Shown here: positions 26,211 to 37,797 of the stretch, in pieces
Layout of the letters: every line of letters begins with the position of its first letter
Numbering within the stretch: position 1 is the stretch's first letter
Assembly (NCBI GenBank): GCA_002269645.1
Contig: NIVC01003461.1
Coordinates: 32,756 to 96,755, forward strand
DNA length: 64,000 bases
Direction of reading: 5' to 3'
Source: Macrostomum lignano
Lineage: Eukaryota
Position numbers and translations under genes: made by a program
The notes under the pieces: model-generated
What the model saw: the letters and a program-made list of their open reading frames with translations, nothing else
Databases searched by the model: none
Told to the model about the DNA's origin: nothing

Positions 26211-29166
26211 TCAATCACACTCATCCTCGTCACTGCTCACAATCCCGTCATAGAGCTGCTCTAATAATTTTAATCGTTGCAACAGGTTGCAGAACCACAT
26301 TCGATTCTCGGCAGACTTCAAAGCGACGGCAGACTTCAAAGTGTCGGCAGACTTCAAAGCGTCGGCAGACTTCAAAGTGTCGGCAGACTTCAAAGCGTCG
26401 GCAGACTTCAAAGCGTCGGCAGACTTCAAAGCGGCACGCGTTCTAATTAAAGCAGACATTAAAGCATCTACAGGATCGCCGCTCTCTGTTCCAACAAAAT
26501 CAGAAATAGTTGTTCGTAAAGCGTCGAAATTGGCACAAGCCGAGTCTAGCAGTTCGCTTAGGTAGGACGCGAACTCGCGACCTGCAAAACAGACGAATTT
26601 ACAGTATATTTTTGCCTACATATAGCTATGGAAATTAAGCAGTATTTGAGACTGCTAAAAAAGAATCCCCAAACAAGAAATCATTTTTTCTGCTAAGGTT
26701 TCCTAGATGGGCTGGGCTGCCGGAAACAAGTATCAATAATTCTCATTATTTAGGAAAGGTTCAACAGGCGCACCAGCAGACAGGTGCAAAAATAATTGCT
26801 TAAGTATTTAACTGGCCCTAATAAAATCAATTTGTACCTTTCAATTTGTGTAATTAATCTGCGGTTTGCGTCAGTCAGAAAAACCGATATTGTGCATGTG
26901 GTATTGGGTTGAACACGTCACTACGTCAACAGTTCAAAGTCAAAATAACAAAGTTTCTTTTAGCAATTTGCAGATATTTTGGAACTTTTAAACACGTCAG
27001 ACAAGATATATGAGAATTATGCTGAAGAGAAAAGTTCTCTTATCTGAGCAAATTTCGAAGTTATGAAATGTCAACGTTGCGAAAGCGACCAATTTTATGT
27101 TAACTACAATTTTGTTTAGCGGATGACTCTTCCTGAACCTGACTAATTCTATATTTTCCAGCAAAGGCTACACACCTTCTGGCTCCTCCGAGATTGCGTA
27201 ATCGCACAGAACTCCGTGATCGAAACCAACGCTATCCAAGAAGGCGTAAAACATGGCATAGCAACTGCCTAGCAACAGCGAATCCCAGCTGGCCCTAGCC
27301 AGACGAAGCTGACCTAACAGAAAGTGCAACAGATCCGAGTCCTTGGCCGACAGCAGGTGCACAAGCTCCGTAGGCGACAGTTGAGTCTGCAGCTGACGGA
27401 GCAGCTCCTGGCACCGCGGCGTCGGCGGAAGCAACAGCAACAGGCGAATAAAAGTGCAAATGAACTTTCTTTGAAGCTGACATTGATCGATTTGATGAAG
27501 CGAAGTCAGCTGAACTGATGGCCGCTTGCCAATCATGATTAGCAAAACTGTTGCCAATTCAATCAGAGCTTGGCGATCTACCAGCCATGCTGTACTCTTT
27601 GAGCACGTGCTCAACAGTTGCACACTAGCCAGGCACAGCAGCTGCCTCGATGTCAGCATTGCTGCGCCAATAGAATCCTCATCGTCAGAGTCTGACTCGT
27701 CGACAGAATTAACTAGAAATAAATTAGTAAAGTAAGGTCGAAGTCGTTAGCGGTCTCATAGTTTGATTATAACTGCTCCAAGATTGTAAACCAGCCTGTC
27801 TATCTGTCTGTCTATCTATCTGTCTATCCGTCTGTCTGTCTGTCTGTCCGTCTCTCTGTCTGTCTGTCCGTCTGTCTGTCTGTCTGTCTGTTCTTTAGCT
27901 TCAAAACTAGGCACTAGGAATTATGTTACACTACTGTCAGTAGACAAAGTGTTTTATCGCATTGACTGGACAACACGAGGTGACTTTACTTCAAGAACGA
28001 ATATTTTTACCTAAAAATTGAAACAACCTCAGCAGAACGCCAGTCAAAGCTTCCGGAAGCGACTCAGGAGCCTCTATCGCCCCGATGCGCTTTCGAAGAG
28101 CCAGCAGGCATTCGCCAAGAGCAAACGCTTCCAGACGATAGAGATCACTGCTTGAGTCAGGATCCTGCAGTTGGGAGAGACGCCAACAAACCAGCTCAGT
28201 CAGACGGCTGATATCTACGGATACGTCACCCTTTCGCTTGGCAATATCGAGCAAATCAGCCAGACCAATGGCCGCCAAGGGGTCAGTCGAATGTTGGCAT
28301 CGTATTAAAATTTCGTTAATTATTGCTTGGAGTAGCTCAACAGAGCGAGCCGCTTCGATAACCGTCTCAGTAACTGCGCGCAGACGCAGAGCATCGAACC
28401 AAGCTTCACTTTCAATGGCGAATCGTGCGCAATTGTGTTTAATGGCGCCAACTTGAATAAATCTTCCTGCTTCTAAATTTCCATTTTTAGAAATATTCTC
28501 CGATTGTGATTTACTTACAACGGCATCACTTCCGGTTTCTAGTTTGCTTTGAGCGGAGTCATTTCCGGTGTCCAATTTTCTTCCAACGGCATCGCTTCCG
28601 GTTTCTAATTTGGTAAGAACTGAGTCCTTTCCGGTGTCCAATTTACTTCCAACGGCATCACTTCCGGTTTCTAATTTGGTAAGAACTGAGTCCTTTCCGG
28701 TGTCCAATTTACTCCCAACGGCGTCACTTCCGGTTTCTAATTTGCATCGAACGGAGTCCTTTCCGGTGTCCAATTTACTTCCAACGGCGTCACTTCCGGT
28801 TGGTACCTTGCTTCTAAAAACATCACTTCCGGTTCCTAATCTACCTCCATTTAATGCATCACTTCTACTGGTGTCCAAATTACTTTCAACGGTGTCACTT
28901 CCGCTTTGTAATTTTGTTGCACTGGGTTCACTTCCGATGTTAAAATTGATTTTAACGACATCACTTCCTTGTTTTGTTCGAACGTGTTTCAAGTTACTTT
29001 TGCTGCTATTTCCAATCTCCTGCCTGACTGGCTTACGGAGTGCACAAGCCGAGTATTCGACTTTAACGCTGACTATTAAATCATCTTTCGAATTGTTGGC
29101 GGCGAGAAGTTTCTTACGCAAATCCGTCAGACAAAAGTGTTGCGCAACAATTTCGGCAGATTTTTC
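26211..29166 (-). CDS. LINS1: Protein Lines homolog (LINS1-like); exons 29166-28011, 27712-27176, 26581-26211; no genomic ATG for exon 1
   Basis: Junction phases join in frame (FLG|..V-NSVDESD, EPEG|..G-REF). FYAFLDSVGFDHGVLCDYAISEE matches the Lines motif GFDxxVLLDFLISxET. LSAKDSDLL resembles EQDDDML. The C-terminal LIRTRAALK...LLQRLKLLEQLY resembles Lines_C. Confidence 0.8.
26310..26435 (-). repeat. 18-bp coding minisatellite, 7 units (ALKSAD)n, inside the last Lines exon
   Basis: ggcagacttcaaag recurs every 18 bp from 26310 to 26418. Confidence 0.95.
27796..27891. repeat. (TCTG/TCTA)n microsatellite in Lines intron
   Basis: Direct inspection. Confidence 0.95.
28520..28980 (-). repeat. 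66-bp (2x33) coding repeat GSDAVGSKLDTGKDSVLTKLET in Lines exon 1
   Basis: The translation shows about 4 near-perfect 22-aa units plus degenerate 11-aa units. Confidence 0.9.
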
Positions 29167-29749
29167 CTGGAAAGAAGTTTTTTAGAAGAGCGTGATTAGA
29201 GAAAGCGCAAATAGTATTGTTAAAAGTGCCAAAAACTAGACACAAAATACATATAAACTAGGTGCAAAGATTAATGACCACAGTATACTACTAAACGTAG
29301 TTCGACAGAAATATTTTTATTGATAAATACAAGAAAGAAGAATAGAACTGCCCGCCCCCGTGAAAAATGGGAGCTACCGAGAAAATGCTGCACTGCCGGG
29401 GTCAGCTAGATTGACGAACGTTTTATTCGATAGATTTACCGACAACAAATCAATTTTTCCGCTTGTGAGCGCGCGGAAACAAAAGCGCCCTGGTGCGTAG
29501 CTCGTTAAGCAAATGTAGCTAATATAAAGGATACATATTTTTCTATTTTACTATAATTATACTATGCAAGCATATTAAAGGACAAGATAGAAGACTAACA
29601 ATTGTTTTGACAAGTTTGACAACAACAACACTATAATAACAGGAAGTATTTCAATAGATGGCATATTTATGCATACCGTATCCTGCATTAGGATTCAGTT
29701 GAGCGAGATGGACATTTGCGGAGTGGGGTTGCAAGGGACGAGGGTTTTA

Positions 29750-30890
29750 GGAGAGTGGGGTGGTTGGGGAGGGTCTCTTGCAGAGTGGGGTGGTTGGGCA
29801 GGGGGTTTTGGGAGAGGGGTGCTTGGAGAGGGTCTCTTGCAGAGTGGGGTGGTTGGGCAGGGGGTTTTGGGAGAGGGGTGCTTGGAGAGGGTCTCTTGCA
29901 GAGTGGGGTGGTTGGGGAGGGTCTCTTGCAGAGTGGGGTGGTTGGGGAGGGTCTCTTGCAGAGTGGGGTGGTTGGGGAGGGTCTCTTGCAGAGTGGGGTG
30001 GTTGGGGAGGGTCTCTTGCAGAGTGGGGTGGTTGGGCAGGGGGTTTTGGGAGAGGGGTGGTTGGGAAGGGTCTCTTGCAGAGTGGGGTGGTTGGGGAGGG
30101 TCTCTTGCAGAGTGGGGTGGTTGGGGAGGGTCTCTTGCAGAGTGGGGTGGTTGGGGAGGGTCTCTTGCAGAGTGGGGTGGTTGGGGAGGGTCTCTTGCAG
30201 AGTGGGGTGGTTGGGGAGGGTCTCTTGCAGAGTGGGGTGGTTGGGGAGGGTCTCTTGCAGAGTGGGGTGGTTGGGGAGGGTCTCTTGCAGAGTGGGGTGG
30301 TTGGGCAGGGGGTTTTGGGAGAGGGGTGGTTGGGAAGGGTCTCTTGCAGAGTGGGGTGGTTGGGGAGGGTCTCTTGCAGAGTGGGGTGGTTGGGGAGGGT
30401 CTCTTGCAGAGTGGGGTGGTTGGGGAGGGTCTCTTGCAGAGTGGGGTGGTTGGGGAGGGTCTCTTGCAGAGTGGGGTGGTTGGGGAGGGTCTCTTGCAGA
30501 GTGGGGTGGTTGGGGAGGGTCTCTTGCAGAGTGGGGTGGTTGGGCAGGGGGTTTTGGGAGAGGGGTGGTTGGGAAGGGTCTCTTGCAGAGTGGGGTGGTT
30601 GGGGAGGGTCTCTTGCAGAGTGGGGTGGTTGGGGAGGGTCTCTTGCAGAGTGGGGTGGTTGGGGAGGGTCTCTTGCAGAGTGGGGTGGTTGGGGAGGGTC
30701 TCTTGCAGAGTGGGGTGGTTGGGGAGGGTCTCTTGCAGAGTGGGGTGGTTGGGGAGGGTCTCTTGCAGAGTGGGGTGGTTGGGGAGGGTCTCTTGCAGAG
30801 TGGGGTGGTTGGGGAGGGGGTTGTGCAGAGTGAGGTGGTTGGGGAGGGTCTCTTGCAGAGTGGGGTGTCTGGGGAGGTGGTTTTACAGAG
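29750..30890. repeat. G-rich 30-bp minisatellite (ggggtggttggggagggtctcttgcagagt) with periodic variant units
   Basis: Tandem 30-bp units; source of the long spurious ORFs at 29669-31416. Confidence 0.97.
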
Positions 30891-30978
30891 GAGTAAAGTG
30901 CTGGATCAAACAGCATGCTCCAAGGTGGCAAAAGACGGATTTAATACTCTGCAACTCTCTCTCCCTCTCCCCAAGTCT

Positions 30979-33900
30979 CTAACGGCCCTTATTTCCGTCA
31001 TCATCATCCTCGGACTCGGAATCCGGCACCGTCCAGGTGCTGTCGTTGCGAACGCGCGAACTGGCTTGCGCCTCCGCCTGGGCCTCGGCAGCTTCGACAG
31101 CCATCCAGGCGGCCTCGTCGTCGTCATTATCGTTGACTCCCTTCGCCGAAAACTTGTCCTCGTCGTCGTCGTCACCGTCGTAGCCGCCGCGCGCCCAGCT
31201 GCTGCCGGCGGCTCCCCGGTCGCGCAGCTCCGCGGCCGCCCTGGACAGACGTTTGTGCGCGTCCGACTGCGTTTCGGACAGGCGATGGCCGGCGTTGGCC
31301 AGGAAAGCGCTGGCCGATTCGGCCAGGTTAGAGAGGCGGGCCAGGCTGGCCGTGTCAGACTTGTCGATGCGCTTGGCCTGTTGTTTTTGGCGAATCATGG
31401 AGAGACGCAAAGATAGGGGCATGCGCTTTGTAAACTACTTTTGATCAGTAGTATTGCTCTTATCAGGCTAAGAGAAGTTCAGCGGTTAACGTTAGTGCGC
31501 ACGCTAAGGCCTATTTTTCCTAATAAAAACTTCCCAATATCTGTAAACACTACTATCGAAAATGCCGATAATTGTTAACTGTATCTAACCTGAAATTCGT
31601 GAGCCGTCCTGTCCAACAGCTCAATCACGGCTAGGCAGGCGGCCCTCTGCTCATAGCTAGGCGTCTGTCTCATTTTGGCGGCCAGTTCTAGCAAAGCCAG
31701 GCAGTAGCTTAGGCTGGACACTCGCTTATCTGTCAGGCACTTGTCCAGCTGGTTAGCAAGGCGCAGCGCCTGCTCTCTGTCCGAGTCGGCCGGGAGCTGC
31801 GAGGCCAGGCGGATCAGGGTGGCCGCGTGGTCAGACGTCATCTCCGACTGGATGCTGCTGATCTGCAGCTGGATGGCGGAGAGTTCAGGGGCTCGGGTTG
31901 GATTGAATAAAATACTTGGACTGTCTGAATTCCTCGATTCCTGCTTGCCTTCTTCCCCTTTGCTGCCCTGCTCATCCCTCTTCTCGTCACTCTCCGCTCC
32001 TCTCGTCATTCTACCGTTCCTCTCTCGTCACTCTCCCGCTCCTCTCGTCATTCTACCGTTCCTCTCTCGTCACTCTCCCGCTCCTCTCGTCATTCTACCG
32101 TTCCTCTCTCGTCACTCTCCCGCTCCTCTCGTCATTCTACCGTTCCTCCCTCGTCACTCTCCCGCTCCTCTCGTCATTCTACCGTTCCTCTCTCGTCACT
32201 CTCCCGCTCCTCTCGTCATTCTACCGTTCCTCTCTCGTCACTCTCCCGCTCCTCTCGTCATTCTACCGTTCCTCTCTCGTCACTCTCCCGTTCCTCCCTC
32301 GTCACTCTCCCGCTCCTCTCGTCATTCTACCGTTCCTCTCTCGTCACTCTCCCGCTCCTCTCGTCATTCTACCGTTCCTCTCTCGTCACTCTCCCGCTCC
32401 TCTCGTCATTCTACCGTTCCTCTCTCGTCACTCTCCCGCTCCTCTCGTCATTCTACCGTTCCTCCCTCGTCACTCTCCCGTTCCTCTCTGGTCACTCTCC
32501 CGTTCCTCCCTCGTCACTCTCCCGTTCCTCTCTCGTCACCCTTCCGTTCCTCTCTCGTCACTCTCCCGCTCCTCTCGTCATTCTACCGTTCCTCCCTCGT
32601 CACTCTCCCGTTCCTCTCTGGTCACTCTCCCGTTCCTCCCTCGTCACTCTCCCGTTCCTCTCTCGTCACCCTTCCGTTCCTCTCTGGTCACTCTCCTGTT
32701 TCTCTCTTGTCACTCTCCCGTTTCTCTCTCGTCACTCTCCCGTTTCTCTCTCGTCACTCTTCCGTTCCTTTCTCGTCACTCTCCCGTTCCTCTCTCCTAA
32801 CTCTCCCATCCTCTCAAAATCCCCCATAAAAATCTCACCGCATCGTCCCGTCGCCGCCGCCTCCGATCGTACACGAATTCATTGTTGAGCACATCTGAGA
32901 AGCCGGCCAGAGACCTGCGCAGTTCGGCCATAAACTGGGGATCTCGGACAGCCGGATGCTGATCAGCAAACATTTCTTCAACAATTTCAGCGCACCGATA
33001 GAAAGCTTTGCCGGGCGCCAATATGTTGGGATTGGTGAGCTCGGCAAACTGCAAGCACCGAGCCATGAGGCCGGGCAGCCGGTGCACGGCCTGCTTAGCT
33101 ACGCACTTTCGCATCAGCCGGATCAGATGGCTGAGCATAGCAACGCCAGACGGCTCGATCCGATCCGAATAGTAACTAATGGCAGCATCTAAATCGGCGC
33201 CCCGATCGGTGAGCAGATTCAACAGGTGATATTCGTACACTATGCGACGCTCTTTGAAGGTGCCCAGAGTGGACACAAAAGCGCCGGAGTGCAGCAACGA
33301 ATCGAGCTGCTCGCTCAGGGCCCGGCTGGCGTAGACCCGGCAGGCCAGGTAGGCAGCTGTGGGGAAGAAGGCCAGGTCGTCCGGACTGGCGGTGTCCAGC
33401 GGATCGGGCGGATTCGAGCACAGGTCGGCCAGCAGAGACGGCAGCAGGCCCGGCCGGGCAGCCTGGGGCAGGCCCGGGTTCGACAGCCACTCGGTTGGGC
33501 CTTGGAGCCTGGGGTGACGGGGTTGGGTACAATGTAGGGTTAGGCTAATGGGAGGCTTGGGTCAGCCACAGGTCTATTCTCAACAACTGGCAGACTCTAC
33601 AGATAAGAATCTCACCCCTACCGTAATTCGTCACCTGCAAATGGGAGACTTGGATGAGAATCTCACCCCTAGATCTATCACCTGCAAATGAGACTTAGAT
33701 GAGAATCTCACCCTTATCTATCACCTGCAAATGAGACTTAGATGAGAATCTCACCCTTATCTATCACCTGCAAATGAGAGCCTTAGATGAGAATCTCACC
33801 CTTAATCTATGACCTGCAAATGGGAGACTTAGATGAGAATCTCACCCCTAATCTATCACCTGCAAATGAGAGGCTTAGATGAGAATCTCATCCCTAATCC

Positions 33901-35639
33901 ATCACCTGCAAATGAGAGACTTAGATGAGAATCTCACCCCTAATCTAGCACCTGCAAATGAGAGGCTTAGATGAGAATCTCATCCCTAATCTATCACTGC
34001 AAATGAGAGACTTAGATGAGATCTCACCCCTAATCCATCACCTGCAAATAAGAGACTTAGATGAGAATCTCATCCCTAATCTATCACCTGCAAATTGAAG
34101 ACTTAGATGAGAATCTCACCCCTAATCTAGCACCTGCAAATGAGACTTAGATGAGAATCTCACCCCTAATCTAGCACCTGCAAATGAGACTTAGATGAGA
34201 ATCTCACCCCTAATCTAGCACCTGCAAATGAGAATTAGATGAGAATCTCACCCCTAATCTATCACCTGCAAATGAGTATCTTCCAGACAAACTCACTTAT
34301 CAAGCAGAGAATTCTTGAGCTGATCGGCGTAGGCAGCCCGCAGTGCGGCAGTGCCGGTGGCCAGACTAAGCCGAGTCTCCACCCCACGCTCGCGCATCTC
34401 GGCCAGCAGACTGCACACCAGTTTCGCTCGCCCACCGTCTGGCGCATCCTTGGCCAGGGCCAGGCCGGACAGCAATGCCCGATAGGCGCTGGCGTCCGGT
34501 TGGCCGGGCAACCGGCGGAAGGCGGCCAGAACGGCCGGCCAGCTGCGGCGGTGCGCGCCAACGGCTAGCAGGGCGGCAACGTGGCTCTCGGCGTCCAGCT
34601 GGGGATCTTCGGCCACCTCAGCGTACAGATCCAAGCATTCGGCATAGGCGCCATGCCGGCAGTGGGCCTTCAGCATAGCAGCTTTGGCGGCCAGGCTGAC
34701 TGGCTGGGCGAGACTGCGATAGACGGCTCGGGCCGGATTGTCCGAAGCCGTCCAGGCGGCCGCCAGCTCGGCCATGGCCGGGGCAACGAGGGGCCGATCG
34801 GCGAAGTAGATCTCCTCCGGGCTGATGTCGCGGAGCGGCGGATCCGAGCCGGCGTGATAGGCGAGCAGCTCCAGTAGGCTCTGCCTGCGGAGCGAGGTAG
34901 GGGGCGAACACCGAGTTGAGTTGAGACCGAAGCCCCCGAAACTAATGTATCAATGAGCGCATTTGTATAAGGGCGCTACGGAATAAAGGCGCCTGTTATA
35001 AGGGCGCACTGCCATACGCGCAAAACTGTTATAAGCGCGCATTGCAATACGCGCAAAACTGTTACAAGCGCGCACTGCCATACGCGCAAACTGTATAACA
35101 TCAAGCATGAAATAGCGGGCATATATGCAGCAGAATCCTCACTTGACATCGTCGCTAACTCCGGAACCGTCACTAATCAGCTTATTGTACATCCGCCAGC
35201 TCAGATCCACCTGTTCCAAATCGATTAGCAATCTCAGATTCTCCTCGTTGTTCTCCAGCCCGTCAACAGATCTCAGCGGCCGCCAAGCCGGCACAGGCGG
35301 GCACTCCATGTTCAACTGGGCCAGCTGTGCCGCGTCCGATTGCAGGAATCGCCTGGCCAAGTTTCGGCCAGACCGTCTGGCCAGCATCAGGTCGCCTTGG
35401 CGGTAGCGCAGGAACAAGCTATCGTCGATGGAGTAGTGCGGAACGGCGTCAGCCTCTACGCTGACGGTGCCGGCTAGGCATTTCAACACCGTGAACTCGT
35501 CGCGTTCAACTGGACTGGGCAGCTGGTTGCGCAGCTGGGGATCCGGGACTCGGCTAGCCTGGAAGCTCCGCCGCTGACGGCAGCACCGACCGCCTCCGCT
35601 GCCGCTGGCTGCCAGCCTCAGGGCGCGTTGAAGCAGCAT
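30979..35639 (-). CDS. PTCD3: PTCD3 / mitochondrial ribosomal protein mS39, about 808 aa (exons 35639-35143, 34884-34297, 33508-32839, 31862-31590, 31377-30979)
   Basis: N-terminus TVLKCLAGTVSVEADAVPHYSIDDSLFL...LARRSGRNLARRF matches the PTCD3 AVLQALASTV...DDPYL...LAKKSGENVAKF pattern. Also SLLELLAYH, helical PPR-like body and acidic tail. Exon lengths 497+588+670+273+399 keep the frame. The exon 4 acceptor is less certain. Confidence 0.88.
31975..32800. repeat. 42-bp pyrimidine-rich (top strand) minisatellite, PTCD3 intron 3
   Basis: Mirror of 13790-14600. Confidence 0.95.
33604..34277 (-). repeat. ~44-bp minisatellite, PTCD3 intron 2
   Basis: Mirror of 12312-12985. Confidence 0.95.
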
Positions 35640-35680
35640 TCGTCCTTTGGTGTACTGCGGAGTGTACAGAGTGTTATCTC

Positions 35681-36872
35681 AGTTGAGCTGGGTCTGAGAC
35701 TGCTGATTGAACTGGAGTCTGAGACTGTACTGATGGAGCTGGGGTTTGAGACTGTGCTGATTGAGCTGGGGTTTGAGGCTGTGCTGATTGAGCTGGGGTT
35801 TGAGACTGTGCTGATTGAGCTGGGGTTTGAGACTGTGCTGATTGAACTGGAGTCTGAGACTGCTGATTGAGCTGGGGTTTGAGGCTGTGCTGATTGAGCT
35901 GGGGTTTGAGACTGTGCTGATTGAGCTGGGGTTTGAGACTGTGCTGATTGAACTGGGGTTTGAGACTGTGCTGATTGAACTGGGGTTTGAGACTGTGCTG
36001 ATTGAACTGGAGTCTGAGACTGCTGATTGAGCTGGAGTTTGAGACTGTGCTGATTGAACTGGAGTCTGAGACTTCTGATTGAGCTGGGGTTTGAGACTGT
36101 GCTGATTGAACTGGATCTGAGACTGTGCTGATTGAGCTGGATCTGAGACTGTGCTGATTGAACTGGGGTTTGAGACTGTGCTGATTGAGCTGGGGTTTGA
36201 GACTGTGCTGATTGAGCTGGGGTTTGAGACTGTGCTGATTGAGCTGGATCTGAGACTGTGCTGATTGAGCTGGATCTGAGACTGTGCTGATTGAGCTGGG
36301 GTTTGAGACTGTGCTGATTGAGCTGGATCTGAGACTGTGCTGATTGAGCTGGATCTGAGACAGTGCTGATTGAGCTGGATCTGAGACTGTGCTGATTGAG
36401 CTGGGGTTTGAGACTGTGCTGATTGAGCTGGATCTGAGACTGTGCTGATTGAGCTGGATCTGAGACTGTGCTGATTGAGCTGGATCTGAGACTGTGCTGA
36501 TTGAGCTGGATCTGAGACTGTGCTGATTGAGCTGGATCTGAGACTGTGCTGATTGAGCTGGATCTGAGACTGTGCTGATTGAGCTGGATCTGAGACTGTG
36601 CTGATTGAGCTGGGGTTTGAGACTGTGCTGATTGAGCTGGGGTTTGAGGCTGTGCTGATTGAGCTGGGGTTTGAGGCTGTGCTGATTGAGCTGGGGTTTG
36701 AGGCTGTGCTGATTGAACTGGAGTCTGAGACTGCTGATTGAGCTGGGGTTTGAGACTGTGCTGATTGAGCTGGATCTGAGGCTGTGCTGATTGAGCTGGA
36801 GTTTGAGACTGTGCTGATTGAGCTGGGGTTGAGGCTGTGCTGATTGAGCTGGGGTTTGAGGCTGTGCTATTA
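35681..36872. repeat. 27-bp minisatellite between SLC15 and PTCD3
   Basis: Mirror of 9717-10908. Confidence 0.96.
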
Positions 36873-37797
36873 GCCGACATAACAAATGCAGAAATTCCAT
36901 TCCAGTCTTAACTTGAATAACAAAATTTACCCATACTTAATCTGCCCTACAGAAAAAGCCGAAATGAAGCAACACGCGCAGACACTCAACAATTAGAAAA
37001 TGAAATCAAATCCATATAATGTAATTATCTTTTTACACATACACGACAGAGAATACGGTGTATTGGTAGCACCAGAAAAAACAATAGCACAGTGCCGCAG
37101 CAAAGCAAAACATAGATTTTGGCTAGTAACAAATTTTGATTGCATAACACATGCCATTACTTCACACGATTAAATAAACTGTAGCCTGTAGAAAAGTTTG
37201 TGTACAGAATCAATTAAACATAGTCAAGAAGCGGTAGAAAAATGTATTGCACAGTTTAATAGCATCTGACAAAAAATAACTGATTGAGATAGAATGAAAG
37301 AAAGCGGTTGAAAGTCTGAATAAATTGATAATACCAGTTGGAAACAAGTGCAATATTATTGTTACTGATGAAAATGTATTTAATAAATATAGCAAAATAT
37401 ACATAAGCTTTCCGACATAATAGAGTCGCTAGCCAATGCTCTCGGAAAAGTTAAGCAGAACTGGCCGCGGTTAGTACATAGCTGAACTTGTGGCAGAACT
37501 ACACAGGCTGGGATTCACATCTTATTTCTCTATTTTCCAATAGCTACCAAAGTAGAGATGAAAGAGATATCGAACAGAAGATATCAAAAGTCGATGAATA
37601 ATGAGAAACAAAATAAGGTAGAATGCCTACAGATATGTAGAGAAATAGAATTAACATAAGTACATTGTAGAAAAAAAATATTTTAATGGAATCGATTTCA
37701 GCTAGTCAGCTAGCTAGCAGTCACACAGGGGGTGTGTAGCGGCCCTGACCGAATGTACATCCCCCAAAAGACACGGAGTCAAAGCCTTATCAAAGCC

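Noticed and set aside
29669-31416. ORFs of 357-566 aa (GVVGEGLLQS, EWGGWGGSLA)
   Set aside because: Products of the 30-bp G-rich array; open in several frames on both strands.
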